From sequence record NC_061446.1: DNA of 64,000 bases; one strand, given 5' to 3'. The translations under genes and the position numbers were made by a program. Position 1 is the stretch's first letter, and every line of letters begins with the position of its first letter. The notes under the pieces were generated by a model. That model worked only from the letters and a program-made list of their open reading frames with translations. It did no database searches and was not told the DNA's origin. This document shows positions 35,495-46,804 of this stretch, piece after piece.

Positions 35495-36463
35495 ATGAAC
35501 GAACAATTCGAATCAATCCCTGCTGATAAAACCTGTCTGCCATTCTATTCTTCCGTTGCACTGAACACTTACTTCAACGACCGTATCAAGCGTCTCAGTC
35601 TGACTAAGGTGTGGGCATACGTTGAGCGTAACAACTGCCCTGCTTTTGGTGATGATCAGATAATGGAAGCTCTGCACTATCACTCAACGGTGCATATGAA
35701 GCATGTAACTGCTCTCGCTCTTTGGTTGCTTGACTGCGAAGCCGTTCATGATTGGCAGTACAGCAACGGCGCAGTACCGTTAGCTATCGCCTGTATGTTC
35801 CACGACATGAACCATTCGCTTGGTCAGAAAGATGATGCGTACAATGTTCAGCAAGCTATTGCTGCTCTGGAGAAAGCTGCGCACCACGAACTGGCCGACG
35901 CCGTGCTGATTGATAACTGCGACATTGCCTCTGACCTGATTCGTGTTACGCAATTCCCGTACTCGGATGATCGCAAGCCGAAGAACATGATTGAACGTTG
36001 CATTCGTGACGCGGACATTCTTTACGGTATGCAGCCGTTCGTTATCGACTACGTTATGTATGGTCTGCGTGACGAAGTGAATAGCAATCCTGACATGCCC
36101 TATACCTTCACGCAGAAAGAATGGGCTGCCGGCCGTGTCAACTTCCTGCGTAGCGTTGAGATGTTTACGCAGACCGGCAAAGACGCGATGGACTGGTTGC
36201 TTGACAAAGAAAACGATCACAACCATCAGGCGAAGATTGAAAGCTGGATGACCGACAGTATTGATTTTGTCGTCACCAGTGCGCGACACGTCAAAGCGAA
36301 CGATGTTCTGTTTATCGACACGCCCGAAGATACGTTGAAAGCTCGTCGCTTGGTCGAGCGTATCACAGACATGGGTGTGGGCTTCAACGTCTATTTCAAT
36401 GACGGCACTTCGGTTCATCTGCGTAACGGCGAGCACTGCATTCGCGTTGAAAGACGCAAATAA
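35495..36463 (+). CDS. HD-domain phosphohydrolase (PDEase-like HD) (322 aa)
   Basis: YHSTVH...ACMFHDMNHS...TQFPY...IRDADIL. Confidence 0.8.
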   Translation: MNEQFESIPADKTCLPFYSSVALNTYFNDRIKRLSLTKVWAYVERNNCPAFGDDQIMEALHYHSTVHMKHVTALALWLLDCEAVHDWQYSNGAVPLAIACMFHDMNHSLGQKDDAYNVQQAIAALEKAAHHELADAVLIDNCDIASDLIRVTQFPYSDDRKPKNMIERCIRDADILYGMQPFVIDYVMYGLRDEVNSNPDMPYTFTQKEWAAGRVNFLRSVEMFTQTGKDAMDWLLDKENDHNHQAKIESWMTDSIDFVVTSARHVKANDVLFIDTPEDTLKARRLVERITDMGVGFNVYFNDGTSVHLRNGEHCIRVERRK

Positions 36464-36508
36464 TCGGCTGAAATAACCATGCTGTCTAAAGTGCGCCTAT
36501 GCTACAAT
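36456..36508 (+). promoter_or_regulatory. Phage promoter copy 7
   Basis: GCAAATAATCGGCTGAAA - 29 bp - (TGc)TACAAT. Confidence 0.75.
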
Positions 36509-36540
36509 ATGCGTAGACGCACTAACAAAGAGAAAACGAT

Positions 36541-37245
36541 ATGAAGCCATTAAAACGAATCCCTTTGAGTTCCGATACAAATCTGTTTGCTATTAACGCC
36601 ATAGTCCACATGACTGCATTTCTATATTTGGACGTTACTGTGCATTCCGAACATTTCGGAGACAGAGAAATAATGCTGCCAGTTCGGGTCAATCACAATG
36701 TGTCACCTCATGAGCGTCTGGCGGGTGTACAGTATGCCGCTTATATACCTGTGTTGGCGTGTCATCCGATATCCGACACCGAGTTTCATACAGAGCTTGG
36801 TTACACGGAGGTGAATGTCAAACACTTATCCATGGACTATACCAAATGCAGTCACTGGGCATACATCGGCCTTTTGCCTGACGTAGCTGAGTCTGATATG
36901 CGGGACAAGCGTTACGTCGCACCTCTGCGCGTATATACAGTCCCGCATGAAAAGGGTATGCCTGATATATACAAACGGCACATTGCTCGCGGTGCAGCGA
37001 TACGTCCTGACTATCTGCGCACTTCGGCCCTGGACAATATTGACAATGAAACCTGGGAACAACTGCGGGTCCGTCCAGATCGCGGTACCTCGTGGTCGGA
37101 CTTCTTGGACGCAATAACTAACGGACGCCTGACTCCTAAAGACAATCTATCCGAATGTCTTGAAAGCATAGATCAGGAGTTCATGCCGGAGAGTGTAGTT
37201 AAACGTCTGCGTCAGGCTCAGATTCAAAGACGCATGAGAGGTTAA
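36541..37245 (+). CDS. Hypothetical protein (234 aa)
   Basis: ORF downstream of promoter copy 7. Confidence 0.7.
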   Translation: MKPLKRIPLSSDTNLFAINAIVHMTAFLYLDVTVHSEHFGDREIMLPVRVNHNVSPHERLAGVQYAAYIPVLACHPISDTEFHTELGYTEVNVKHLSMDYTKCSHWAYIGLLPDVAESDMRDKRYVAPLRVYTVPHEKGMPDIYKRHIARGAAIRPDYLRTSALDNIDNETWEQLRVRPDRGTSWSDFLDAITNGRLTPKDNLSECLESIDQEFMPESVVKRLRQAQIQRRMRG

Positions 37246-37247
37246 TC

Positions 37248-37478
37248 ATGATGCACGATATATACAAGGTGAGTGCTGTCCTGTTTTACCTGCTTGGCGC
37301 TATGGCTTTCCTTGCACATATCGTCGGCTTCGTGAAGAACTGGATGAAGATAAAAGAGATGCGGCAGAAAGCTAAGGCGAAGATCGATAAAGTGAAAACG
37401 CCGCACGAACTCATTAAACGCCGTTTGCGTAAAGCAGAAGAACGCGCACGGTATCGCCCACGTAAACTGAGAGACTGA
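37248..37478 (+). CDS. Single-TM basic small protein (76 aa)
   Basis: VSAVLFYLLGAMAFLAHIVGFV then a Lys/Arg-rich tail; GAGG RBS. Confidence 0.7.
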   Translation: MMHDIYKVSAVLFYLLGAMAFLAHIVGFVKNWMKIKEMRQKAKAKIDKVKTPHELIKRRLRKAEERARYRPRKLRD

Positions 37479-37480
37479 CA

Positions 37481-37789
37481 ATGCCTACTATTACTCGTAA
37501 CGACACACTGGAAAAGAAAGTACAACGCGCACTGGAAATCTGCTGGAACGAAACAGCAAAGAACAATTCGGGGCCGACGACTTATGCTTTTCTCGCTTCT
37601 TCATTTGCTGCTGATGGTCGCAGCCTGTTCGAAAATGAATTGAAGATGATCGGCGTCATGCTACGTGACGGTCTTAACATCAACCTGTATGGTCGCTATG
37701 CAGCAACTACCTACACAAGCAACAAGGGAATCATGATCGCATTCCAGCCTGTTGCTGACCTCGAAGATATTGTGGAGATGACTCTATAA
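37481..37789 (+). CDS. Hypothetical protein (102 aa)
   Basis: Operon context. Confidence 0.7.
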   Translation: MPTITRNDTLEKKVQRALEICWNETAKNNSGPTTYAFLASSFAADGRSLFENELKMIGVMLRDGLNINLYGRYAATTYTSNKGIMIAFQPVADLEDIVEMTL

Positions 37790-38337
37790 TGAAACAGATT
37801 GATTTGTTTGCGTGGCCCGACTGTGGCCGTACAATGTATGAAGCGTACACGCTGCTGGAGCCTGAGATTCGAACGCCTGACTTCGCAGCACGCCAGATGC
37901 GCTACACACATGCGGCGTTTGGCAATAGCGGCGCAATTGGCGGCGCACTCTTTCCGCAGAAGCTGAACAAGAAGATTGTCAGCCTGCACGAATTTATCAT
38001 CGGACCGAGTCCTGCGTTTCAGCGTGAGATAACTGCTGGCTCTGGTGATGTGGCAAACATGATGGACCCTCAGTATCTGTACAACCTGTATCTGCATACA
38101 GAGACCGTTGCAATTCGTGTGTCTGAGTTCTACAACTTCACCGAGCAGGGCCCGCTGTCTGCATTACACCTGTTCACTGTAGCGACGGTCTATGAGATGC
38201 GCCTGATAGTTTACTTTGCCGATGACGGCATCGAAACAGATCGTGGCCGTGAAGATTGGTTGCAGAGTATTCGCGGCTATTTCTCTAACCGCAGTAAGTT
38301 CCGCATCAAAGCAGAAAAAACTTTATTCACTAAATAA
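37789..38337 (+). CDS. Hypothetical protein (182 aa)
   Basis: TAATG coupling, GGAG RBS. Confidence 0.75.
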   Translation: MKQIDLFAWPDCGRTMYEAYTLLEPEIRTPDFAARQMRYTHAAFGNSGAIGGALFPQKLNKKIVSLHEFIIGPSPAFQREITAGSGDVANMMDPQYLYNLYLHTETVAIRVSEFYNFTEQGPLSALHLFTVATVYEMRLIVYFADDGIETDRGREDWLQSIRGYFSNRSKFRIKAEKTLFTK

Positions 38338-38373
38338 CCGCAGCGCTTACGGGCGTCGCACAGGAGAAACATT

Positions 38374-39639
38374 ATGTCATTCGATATGCGCCAGAACGTA
38401 CTCATGGTTCGCTCTTTGATCAACGGCCAACCGTTCTATTATTTCTACAACGCAGAGGGCTTGGAGTTCAGCCTGTCTGGTTACCAGCTCAAAGAGATTT
38501 ACGCCTGCCACTTCGAGGGTCGTATGTCTGCTGTCACTACTTACTGGGGCTTCACAAACAAACCGAACTATGAATCTTTCGAGTTTGCGGATAACGGTGA
38601 CTTGCTGTGGCATGTTTCTCTGAATGCTGTGTGCCACACGTATCTGCCTCTTGAGATGGTTATCGGTCATGAAGGCTTCAACGTGATTAACGGATTCATG
38701 ATCGAAGATCACAAACGCATGGTGATGAAGATTCATCAAAAGGCAGTGGGTCGTAGCGTTGAAAAACTTACATGGTTCCATGATATGTCCGAAGAGCGTA
38801 TGCGTGAAATGCTGAATGCTCTTGGTCACGGTCCGATGCGTATTGAACGTGCTGATCGTGAAGAACTGATTAGGATTCATCGGGACTGGCAGCGTAAGCA
38901 CGACGAAGAATTTAAATACACGCACAACGCCTGTGGTATTGACCCGGATGACAAACTCCCTGCTGACCTGTACGACGATCACGGCAAGTGGTTGCGCCAG
39001 CGACACATGGCAAAAGGCAAAACGCTTGAGATGATGGCCAGCGAACTTGCGAACATCGTCCGCATCTTTGATCTGTACATCGGCGATGATGACTTCGACC
39101 ACATGAATCCTGATTGGGACGAAGGTCTGCGTCGTGTTGCCCAAGCATTCATCTACGGACCTAATGCCAAAGAGCGTTTCGATGAAGTGAAGTATAATCC
39201 GCAGTTCGTTATCAATGGTATCTATGCGTTGGCGAAAGACTTGAACTGGATTCATGTTAACGAAGAAACTCAGGACTATAAAGAGTCGTTGATTCGTCGC
39301 CTGATGCAAGAACTGAAAAACGAAGTTGAACGTCCTGATGGTGTGTTCGTTCTTGAAGAAGGAAAAGTCTATTTGAAAGCCGTGTCCGCCACTGCCGATG
39401 ATGTGGATGACGAAGAGGACGAAGAAGAGGACGATGATTCTTCCGCTCGCGCAGAAGTGCGTACCTACCTCGAAGGTCTCAGTGAAGAAAAGCTGCGTAC
39501 AGTGGCAATCGATCACAAGCTGGCCAAGAAAATGAAGATAGCTAAAATGGCCAAGAGCGAGCTTGTGGATGTGTGTGCTGACTATTTTGGCTCAGACTTT
39601 CCTGAGGACGAAGAAGAGGAAGAAGAAGAACACGAATAG
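38374..39639 (+). CDS. Hypothetical protein (421 aa) with C-terminal HEH-like module flanked by acidic tracts
   Basis: AGGAG RBS; LEGLSEEKLRTVAIDHKLAKKMKIAKMAKSELVDVC. Confidence 0.85.
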   Translation: MSFDMRQNVLMVRSLINGQPFYYFYNAEGLEFSLSGYQLKEIYACHFEGRMSAVTTYWGFTNKPNYESFEFADNGDLLWHVSLNAVCHTYLPLEMVIGHEGFNVINGFMIEDHKRMVMKIHQKAVGRSVEKLTWFHDMSEERMREMLNALGHGPMRIERADREELIRIHRDWQRKHDEEFKYTHNACGIDPDDKLPADLYDDHGKWLRQRHMAKGKTLEMMASELANIVRIFDLYIGDDDFDHMNPDWDEGLRRVAQAFIYGPNAKERFDEVKYNPQFVINGIYALAKDLNWIHVNEETQDYKESLIRRLMQELKNEVERPDGVFVLEEGKVYLKAVSATADDVDDEEDEEEDDDSSARAEVRTYLEGLSEEKLRTVAIDHKLAKKMKIAKMAKSELVDVCADYFGSDFPEDEEEEEEEHE

Positions 39640-39708
39640 ACTGAAAGAACTAATTAAACACGCAACACGTTAATCGTCCAACCATACCTAACATTGTAGG
39701 GAACAAAA

Positions 39709-40131
39709 ATGAAATTCGAACAAAACATTCTGGTAGTAAACCGCATCGGCCTTATCATGAACGACGAGCTTGTTCAGAAGTGGGGAGATGCAGCAAACGC
39801 TGATCGTAACGCTGCTGCTTATGCGACTGCAATCATTCTCGCTAAACTCCAGCAGCGCGTGTCCGTCGCTCTGCATACCGAGAATCCTGAGGCGTGTGCT
39901 CGTCCTGAGTTGCTTTGGACAGACTATGGCTCTATCTCGGTGAGCGGCCTGTTTATCATCGCCTCTACTTCGGATAAAGAGGTGCTCAATCACTACGAAG
40001 ACCACGACTATCTTAACCATCTGCACACAATCAAGCGTGTTGCCGAAGAGAACGGGTTCAAGTTAACGGTCGTTCCAGTGAAAGCAAACTTCCCGTTCTC
40101 TAACACCGAAATCCCGGCCAGTATGAAGTGA
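39709..40131 (+). CDS. Hypothetical protein (140 aa)
   Basis: AGGGA RBS. Confidence 0.75.
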   Translation: MKFEQNILVVNRIGLIMNDELVQKWGDAANADRNAAAYATAIILAKLQQRVSVALHTENPEACARPELLWTDYGSISVSGLFIIASTSDKEVLNHYEDHDYLNHLHTIKRVAEENGFKLTVVPVKANFPFSNTEIPASMK

Positions 40132-40139
40132 GGTGATCT

Positions 40140-40439
40140 ATGAAGCGTGAACACATTCCGATGATCGATGCCGCTATCGTTTTAACGATGGAAGAAAGTC
40201 GTAGCTTTATGGGTCAACGCCCGGACGGCTTTGTCTATCTGCCGAGCAAGGAAGCACTGGAGAAGTTCGAAGCGCATATTCAGAAGCACCGAAGCTACGA
40301 CAGCTACAGCACTATCTTGCACCGCGAGCTTCACGCTATCAGCGCTGAGGGCATTGAGGCGCTTGTTGCTGATATTGAGCGAGACGTAGACAAGCCGTGG
40401 ATGTGGTCAGACGTAGACTACCGCATCAAGCTGTGGTAA
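40140..40439 (+). CDS. Hypothetical protein (99 aa)
   Basis: GAGGTG RBS. Confidence 0.75.
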   Translation: MKREHIPMIDAAIVLTMEESRSFMGQRPDGFVYLPSKEALEKFEAHIQKHRSYDSYSTILHRELHAISAEGIEALVADIERDVDKPWMWSDVDYRIKLW

Positions 40440-40492
40440 GCAAATAACTGGTCAAAATGACGGTAGTATCTGAAACCGCATTGTGATATACT
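40440..40492 (+). promoter_or_regulatory. Phage promoter copy 8
   Basis: GCAAATAACTGGTCAAAA - 29 bp - (TGa)TATACT. Confidence 0.8.
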
Positions 40493-40544
40493 AGAAGCGT
40501 AGCGAATGCTGCGCTTTTTAACTTATGTCTGAGGAGACAATCAA

Positions 40545-41009
40545 ATGCTGCAAGAAACTCAAGCCACCCTGTCCGATATCGAACTGCAAGACCGCATGGT
40601 AGATGCTGCCGCTCAGAAACTTATCGAACTGAAACCTGAGTGGGTTGACGTTTGCGCTGCGGCACTTCGCTTATACCTGACCGTGTGTGAACAACTCGGC
40701 GGTGAAATTCCTGAACTGCGTTTCGTTCATAACAGCCGTCCAACTCGTTTGCAGTTCCGTCTGGCGGAGAGTGTTGAAGGTGAGGAGTTTGTTGCCAACG
40801 AAATCAACAAAGAACACCAGATGGCTATGGCCGAAGCAATTCTCGATGTTGCCGAAGCAAACGAAGACGGCCACTCGCTGATGGATTTAGCTATCGCCTC
40901 TGGTCGCCTGTTCATGATCGGCTATGACGGGCTTGCAGGTACGCTTGATAAGATTTGCTTCCGTAGTCATAAAAAGAACTACACCATGAATCTGGTCAAA
41001 GGGGCTTAA
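40545..41009 (+). CDS. Hypothetical protein (154 aa)
   Basis: GAGGAG RBS. Confidence 0.8.
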   Translation: MLQETQATLSDIELQDRMVDAAAQKLIELKPEWVDVCAAALRLYLTVCEQLGGEIPELRFVHNSRPTRLQFRLAESVEGEEFVANEINKEHQMAMAEAILDVAEANEDGHSLMDLAIASGRLFMIGYDGLAGTLDKICFRSHKKNYTMNLVKGA

Positions 41010-41010
41010 C

Positions 41011-41670
41011 ATGAAACCTGACTACACTCTGCTGAAACGTAGTAAGATGCACGAAGATGTTTTTGCTTTCGTGTTCGACGGCGAATTGCTTACTCAATTC
41101 AAAACTGTCCAGTTGTATAAAGCTCTGGCCGAAACGCTTAAAGCAAACTGCATCAATGAAGTCGATATTCTGTGGCGCGACGGCACTCGTACGGTTCAAC
41201 AACTGGTTGTTCATCACACCCGAGAGTTCGTACAGTTCGACACAATCGTTCATGATTATAGCGTGTGCTTAATGCTTCGCGCTCAAGGCGTTGGCCACTC
41301 GCTTGCTGTACCTGTCGATGTTCGTTCTATGTATGATGCTGATGGTCCGATGATCAGTGAGATTCGCATTGATTGTGACACTGCTGCCGATCTTATGCGT
41401 CATATTAAAGTCACGCCGTACATCGACCCGGACGATATAGATGAAGACGCCGACTGGGATGACGATCTTGATCAGACCGAGTTCCATGACATAGAAACAG
41501 AATCTATCGCCGATAGCAAATTGCAGATAGGTGATTGGGGTTATCGCGCACACGATTGGGCGGTTACTCTGGCTGACGAACAGGTAGACCGCATTCACTT
41601 CCTAGAAGTTGGCGTCGATTCCGATATTGAACTTCCTCGTGCGGCTGACGCGAAGGACGAATTTTTCTAA
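41011..41670 (+). CDS. Hypothetical protein (219 aa)
   Basis: AAAGGGG RBS. Confidence 0.75.
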   Translation: MKPDYTLLKRSKMHEDVFAFVFDGELLTQFKTVQLYKALAETLKANCINEVDILWRDGTRTVQQLVVHHTREFVQFDTIVHDYSVCLMLRAQGVGHSLAVPVDVRSMYDADGPMISEIRIDCDTAADLMRHIKVTPYIDPDDIDEDADWDDDLDQTEFHDIETESIADSKLQIGDWGYRAHDWAVTLADEQVDRIHFLEVGVDSDIELPRAADAKDEFF

Positions 41671-41861
41671 TGAAAAGCACAAACGATTTGGTCAAAGAGT
41701 TACGCAGACACGGCCAGCTTACTATTGACGAGCGCGAGAAGCACTTGCTGCCAGATTTAACGTTCACGCTTGATTGCATGTGTATAACGTACAAGAAGCG
41801 GGAAGTAGAGACTACCAAGCGTGGTCGTGTCATAACAATAAAGTTGACCAACGTTCATTAA
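41670..41861 (+). CDS. Hypothetical protein (63 aa)
   Basis: TAATG coupling. Confidence 0.6.
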   Translation: MKSTNDLVKELRRHGQLTIDEREKHLLPDLTFTLDCMCITYKKREVETTKRGRVITIKLTNVH

Positions 41862-42006
41862 CAATCCAGAGTTTGGCTCGCCCGTCCAGAAATGCTCAAT
41901 TCCCCAAGTGAGGTGTCTCGCGCAGAGGCATGACGGTGCGGGTCCTTTTTGAAGCGTACCGATCAAGTGTGTTTCACAAAGAACCCAAAACAAACAGGAG
42001 GCTGTT

Positions 42007-42405
42007 ATGAAATTTTTAGAAACGCGTAAAGAGACTCAGGTCGTTCTTATGGCAGGTGCTCTGGCTGGTGTGATTGAGGCGTTCGGTCGTGATGACGAAG
42101 ACGAAGGTAAGAAGTTGATTGTAACGGCTCTGCATCAGGTAGGTCTGACATTCGACGAGTTTCGTAAAATGATGACCGAAGTCTCACCTGAGGTAGAAGC
42201 GGAGATCAACGCTGTGACCGACGCTGTTATTGATTCGGACATTGACTTTGATGACCCTCAGCCTGTATGTTGCTCTGAATGCGATTCGCCAGTAGGCGAT
42301 TGTGACTGTGAGCAGGAAGACGAAGACCTCGACACAATGGAAGAACGTCCAGGCAATCGCAATGAAGACGGGCAGACTGACGAAAATGGCTGGAGCAAAG
42401 AATGA
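42007..42405 (+). CDS. Acidic hypothetical protein with CxxC..CxC motif (132 aa)
   Basis: AGGAGG RBS; CCSECDSPVGDCDC. Confidence 0.8.
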   Translation: MKFLETRKETQVVLMAGALAGVIEAFGRDDEDEGKKLIVTALHQVGLTFDEFRKMMTEVSPEVEAEINAVTDAVIDSDIDFDDPQPVCCSECDSPVGDCDCEQEDEDLDTMEERPGNRNEDGQTDENGWSKE

Positions 42406-42614
42406 GCCGACGCCCAACGCAAGATGAAGTAGACGGCCAGATAGCTGCCTCAGAAGAACAACGCTATAGCGAGCGTGAGGCACAATACGCTGATTGGTCA
42501 GATGACGATTTGCGTAATGCACTGCTGGAGAACGGTCTAGTCTTTGATGACGATGACTTAGACGACTACAGCCGACAAGACTGTCTCAGACTGCTTCTGG
42601 GCAGTGGCTACTAA
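42402..42614 (+). CDS. Small acidic protein with HEH-like module (70 aa)
   Basis: ATGA overlap; WSDDDLRNALLENGL...YSRQDCLRLLL. Confidence 0.7.
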   Translation: MSRRPTQDEVDGQIAASEEQRYSEREAQYADWSDDDLRNALLENGLVFDDDDLDDYSRQDCLRLLLGSGY

Positions 42615-42667
42615 GCATAAAACTGGACAAAATGACGGTTGTGTCGAAACAGCGTCCGTGATAGAAT
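42615..42667 (+). promoter_or_regulatory. Phage promoter copy 9
   Basis: GCATAAAACTGGACAAAA - 29 bp - (TGa)TAGAAT; TTGTGT at the -35 position. Confidence 0.8.
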
Positions 42668-42671
42668 ATAG

Positions 42672-42784
42672 ATGTAGGGCGCATATCGTGAGGAGTGCGC
42701 TCTATATGCGAATGACGCGATTCGCAGTACGAGAGAAGTTTTTGACCGTGTGTTTTCGTTTTTCCCGGACACACGGTCCTTTTT
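42672..42784 (+). ncRNA. Candidate ~113-nt three-hairpin small RNA
   Basis: Own promoter; stems 42672-84/42695-707, 42707-13/42720-26 and 42744-53/42769-78 followed by a U-run; next gene has its own promoter. Confidence 0.55.
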
Positions 42785-42861
42785 CAAGTGCCTTCGAAGT
42801 TTGAGGGTGCTTGCGAAAGGGTTCTATACTCTTTGAACACTGCCAGCTATCTGGGAAGTAT

Positions 42862-42915
42862 GCAGAAAACTGGACAAAATCGTGGTTGTTATCTGACGGC
42901 CACCTGAGCTATACT
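42862..42915 (+). promoter_or_regulatory. Phage promoter copy 10
   Basis: GCAGAAAACTGGACAAAA - 30 bp - TATACT. Confidence 0.75.
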
Positions 42916-42974
42916 ATATGCAGACGCATTGAGCGTCGCAAACAACATATCACTTATACTGAGGAGTATTAAAC

Positions 42975-44618
<1,644 letters not shown>

Positions 44619-44706
44619 GTTCGACCTGTAATACAAAACACTGATGGTAGATGCGGTTCAGACAGAGCCGCATCTCTGACAACTAAGCTGATTGAGGAAT
44701 CACACT

Positions 44707-45966
44707 ATGTCAAACGCAAACAAAATCCTGTTAAACGCTCGTGTTCGTCGTCTGGACGGTACTGTAACTTTCATCAACAAAGTAAACGCGAACGGTTATA
44801 GCACCGACGCGAAGGGACCTCAGATCCCGGTCAAGCGTCTTGTAGTCGCAGGCAAAACTCTGAAAGAGATTGAGTCGCCGTTCTCGAAAGAGGAGCACGT
44901 AATCGTGCAGGGCGTATCAGTCAAACTGAACAAGCGCCAGCAGCGTGAACTTGCTGATGGCTCGCTCGATGTTAAGTCTCTGAACCCTGACTTCGGTAAG
45001 CTGGTCTTCATCGACCCCGAAACAGGCAAAGCGACGGACGGTAAAGCCGTGAAGTCGAAAGCGAAAGATAAAGACGGTGTGAAAGCGGGTGTGAAAGCTA
45101 CTCGCCAGCGCAACAAAGATATGCGCACTAAGAAAGAACGTAAGGCAGAAGTCGCTGCGTCGAATGACGAGCTGGACATGTTGCCGTCTGATAAGATTGA
45201 TCGTAAAGCAGAGCTGGCCGGTATCATCGACGCGACTGTGGCTGATGCGACAACTAAAGAACGTCGCAAGCTGTTGTCCGAAGCATTCGATATGGACTGG
45301 AAAGATGTGAAGAAGCATGGCGGTAAAGGCGTCATCAAACATCTGGGTCGCAAAGCCGCGCAGTCTGCTGTGAATAAACTGAGCGCGTGCGTAACGCAGG
45401 ATGCTTTCATTAAGCAGATGCCTGTTGCGTTGAAGCGCCTGATTCAGGACGGTACGTTGACGCTTAACAAAGCGCAGATTGAGCGCGTACTAAGTGCGCT
45501 TGACCTTGACGTGAAGTTCTACAACATTGCTATGCAAACATTGCTGGGCAATCTCAAGCTGACTCTCGATCAGTCTGCTGCCGCTCCGAAAGCTGATAAG
45601 AAAGTGAAGAAGGCGAAGAAAGCAAAAGCTACTTACGCCTCGGAGAAAGAGCAAAAGCGCCGTGTTAAGAAAATGAAACACTCGCTGATCGCCCCGCCGA
45701 AGAAAATGCTGAAAGAAGCGAAGGCGCATATGAAAGCTGCCAAAGCGGCTATCGCACAAAAGCTGGGTATCTCTTCAAAAGAAGTTCAGCGGGGCCTGCT
45801 GGTGTATCGCGCAAACGGCGATGAACTGATGTTTGTTGCCTGTGATATGACAGGCCCTGTGTTCATCGGTAACGATGGTGAAGTGGTGGTGATTGCCTAC
45901 GCAAACGTAGAGACCGCCTTCGACTTCACTCTGAGCAAAACTTCTGAACTGGACGCCACTGTATGA
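44707..45966 (+). CDS. Lys/Ala-rich basic protein (419 aa)
   Basis: GAGGA RBS before ATG 44707; C-terminal domain similar to the repeats in the upstream gene. Confidence 0.85.
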   Translation: MSNANKILLNARVRRLDGTVTFINKVNANGYSTDAKGPQIPVKRLVVAGKTLKEIESPFSKEEHVIVQGVSVKLNKRQQRELADGSLDVKSLNPDFGKLVFIDPETGKATDGKAVKSKAKDKDGVKAGVKATRQRNKDMRTKKERKAEVAASNDELDMLPSDKIDRKAELAGIIDATVADATTKERRKLLSEAFDMDWKDVKKHGGKGVIKHLGRKAAQSAVNKLSACVTQDAFIKQMPVALKRLIQDGTLTLNKAQIERVLSALDLDVKFYNIAMQTLLGNLKLTLDQSAAAPKADKKVKKAKKAKATYASEKEQKRRVKKMKHSLIAPPKKMLKEAKAHMKAAKAAIAQKLGISSKEVQRGLLVYRANGDELMFVACDMTGPVFIGNDGEVVVIAYANVETAFDFTLSKTSELDATV

Positions 45967-46346
45967 CAAACAATGAAATTCTTTTGTCAGGTATGTTTGC
46001 TCAACTGTATGCGCGGCTGATGACGGCCGCCGTACTAAAGACCTACGTGTATTACTCAGACTTGGCGCCGATTGTGTTCGGCGTTCAACTGTCGGTAATT
46101 AGCAGTGCGCAGTACGACGCTCTTTGGTCACTGGTTAAAGAAACCATGAACGTCGATATAGCACACGGCAGGCCACCGCTTGCCGCGCTGTATGTGTCAA
46201 GGGCATCTGATAGCAAGCTGCCCGCTAAGAAGTTCTTTCGTGAGTACCACAAGCTCACGGGCAAGAATTTGTCAGAAGCTGAATGGCAAGCACTCGTCGA
46301 AAATGTGTGGGAACACTATCAACCAAATCTTCGGGGTCTTGTATGA
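45963..46346 (+). CDS. Hypothetical protein, possible winged-helix-type DNA-binding domain (127 aa)
   Basis: YYSDLA...L...GRPPLAALYVS...P..KFF...W...VW pattern; ATGA overlap. Confidence 0.6.
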   Translation: MTNNEILLSGMFAQLYARLMTAAVLKTYVYYSDLAPIVFGVQLSVISSAQYDALWSLVKETMNVDIAHGRPPLAALYVSRASDSKLPAKKFFREYHKLTGKNLSEAEWQALVENVWEHYQPNLRGLV

Positions 46347-46804
46347 AAAAGTCAAAGGTAAGAATCAGCCGTGGAGGGTATCGACCCTCATCTCCAGAAG
46401 AGGCACAAAAGCTGGTGGCCGAGTTTATTCTCGGTACCATCGGAGTTAACCCGACTGTTATCAGTCAGCAAATGCTGTTGAACGTTGCGAACTACAATTA
46501 CCTGACGTCTATCCCAGATACAGGTAAGGCTAATCAAGCGAACCAGAGCGCATTGCATAAAACTGTAAAAGAACTTAATGCGTTCTGTAGACTACACAAG
46601 ATTCAACTGGGATTGCTAATTATGCCGCATACGTCTGCCAGCGATTATGTTGGTGACGAGGTTGTAGCGATTCCGTGGGAGCATGTGCAGAAAAACGCAT
46701 TGAGCCAGTCGGCCATCACATCTCTGTTTGAAACAGTTGAAGCTGATGGTTATCCGCAGTTTGTGACTGATGCGAAAACAGTAGAGGGATACAATGTTCT
46801 ATGA
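46343..46804 (+). CDS. Hypothetical protein (153 aa)
   Basis: ATGA overlap at 46343. Confidence 0.7.
   Translation: MKKSKVRISRGGYRPSSPEEAQKLVAEFILGTIGVNPTVISQQMLLNVANYNYLTSIPDTGKANQANQSALHKTVKELNAFCRLHKIQLGLLIMPHTSASDYVGDEVVAIPWEHVQKNALSQSAITSLFETVEADGYPQFVTDAKTVEGYNVL

Noticed and set aside
41862-42000. Possible tRNA in intergenic gaps
   Set aside because: No TTCRA T-loop or cloverleaf seen on either strand here or in other gaps inspected.
42604-42804. 66-aa ORF over the sRNA candidate
   Set aside because: It spans a promoter and runs through a strong terminator, and the internal SD is partly sequestered; RNA function is more parsimonious though a peptide is not excluded.
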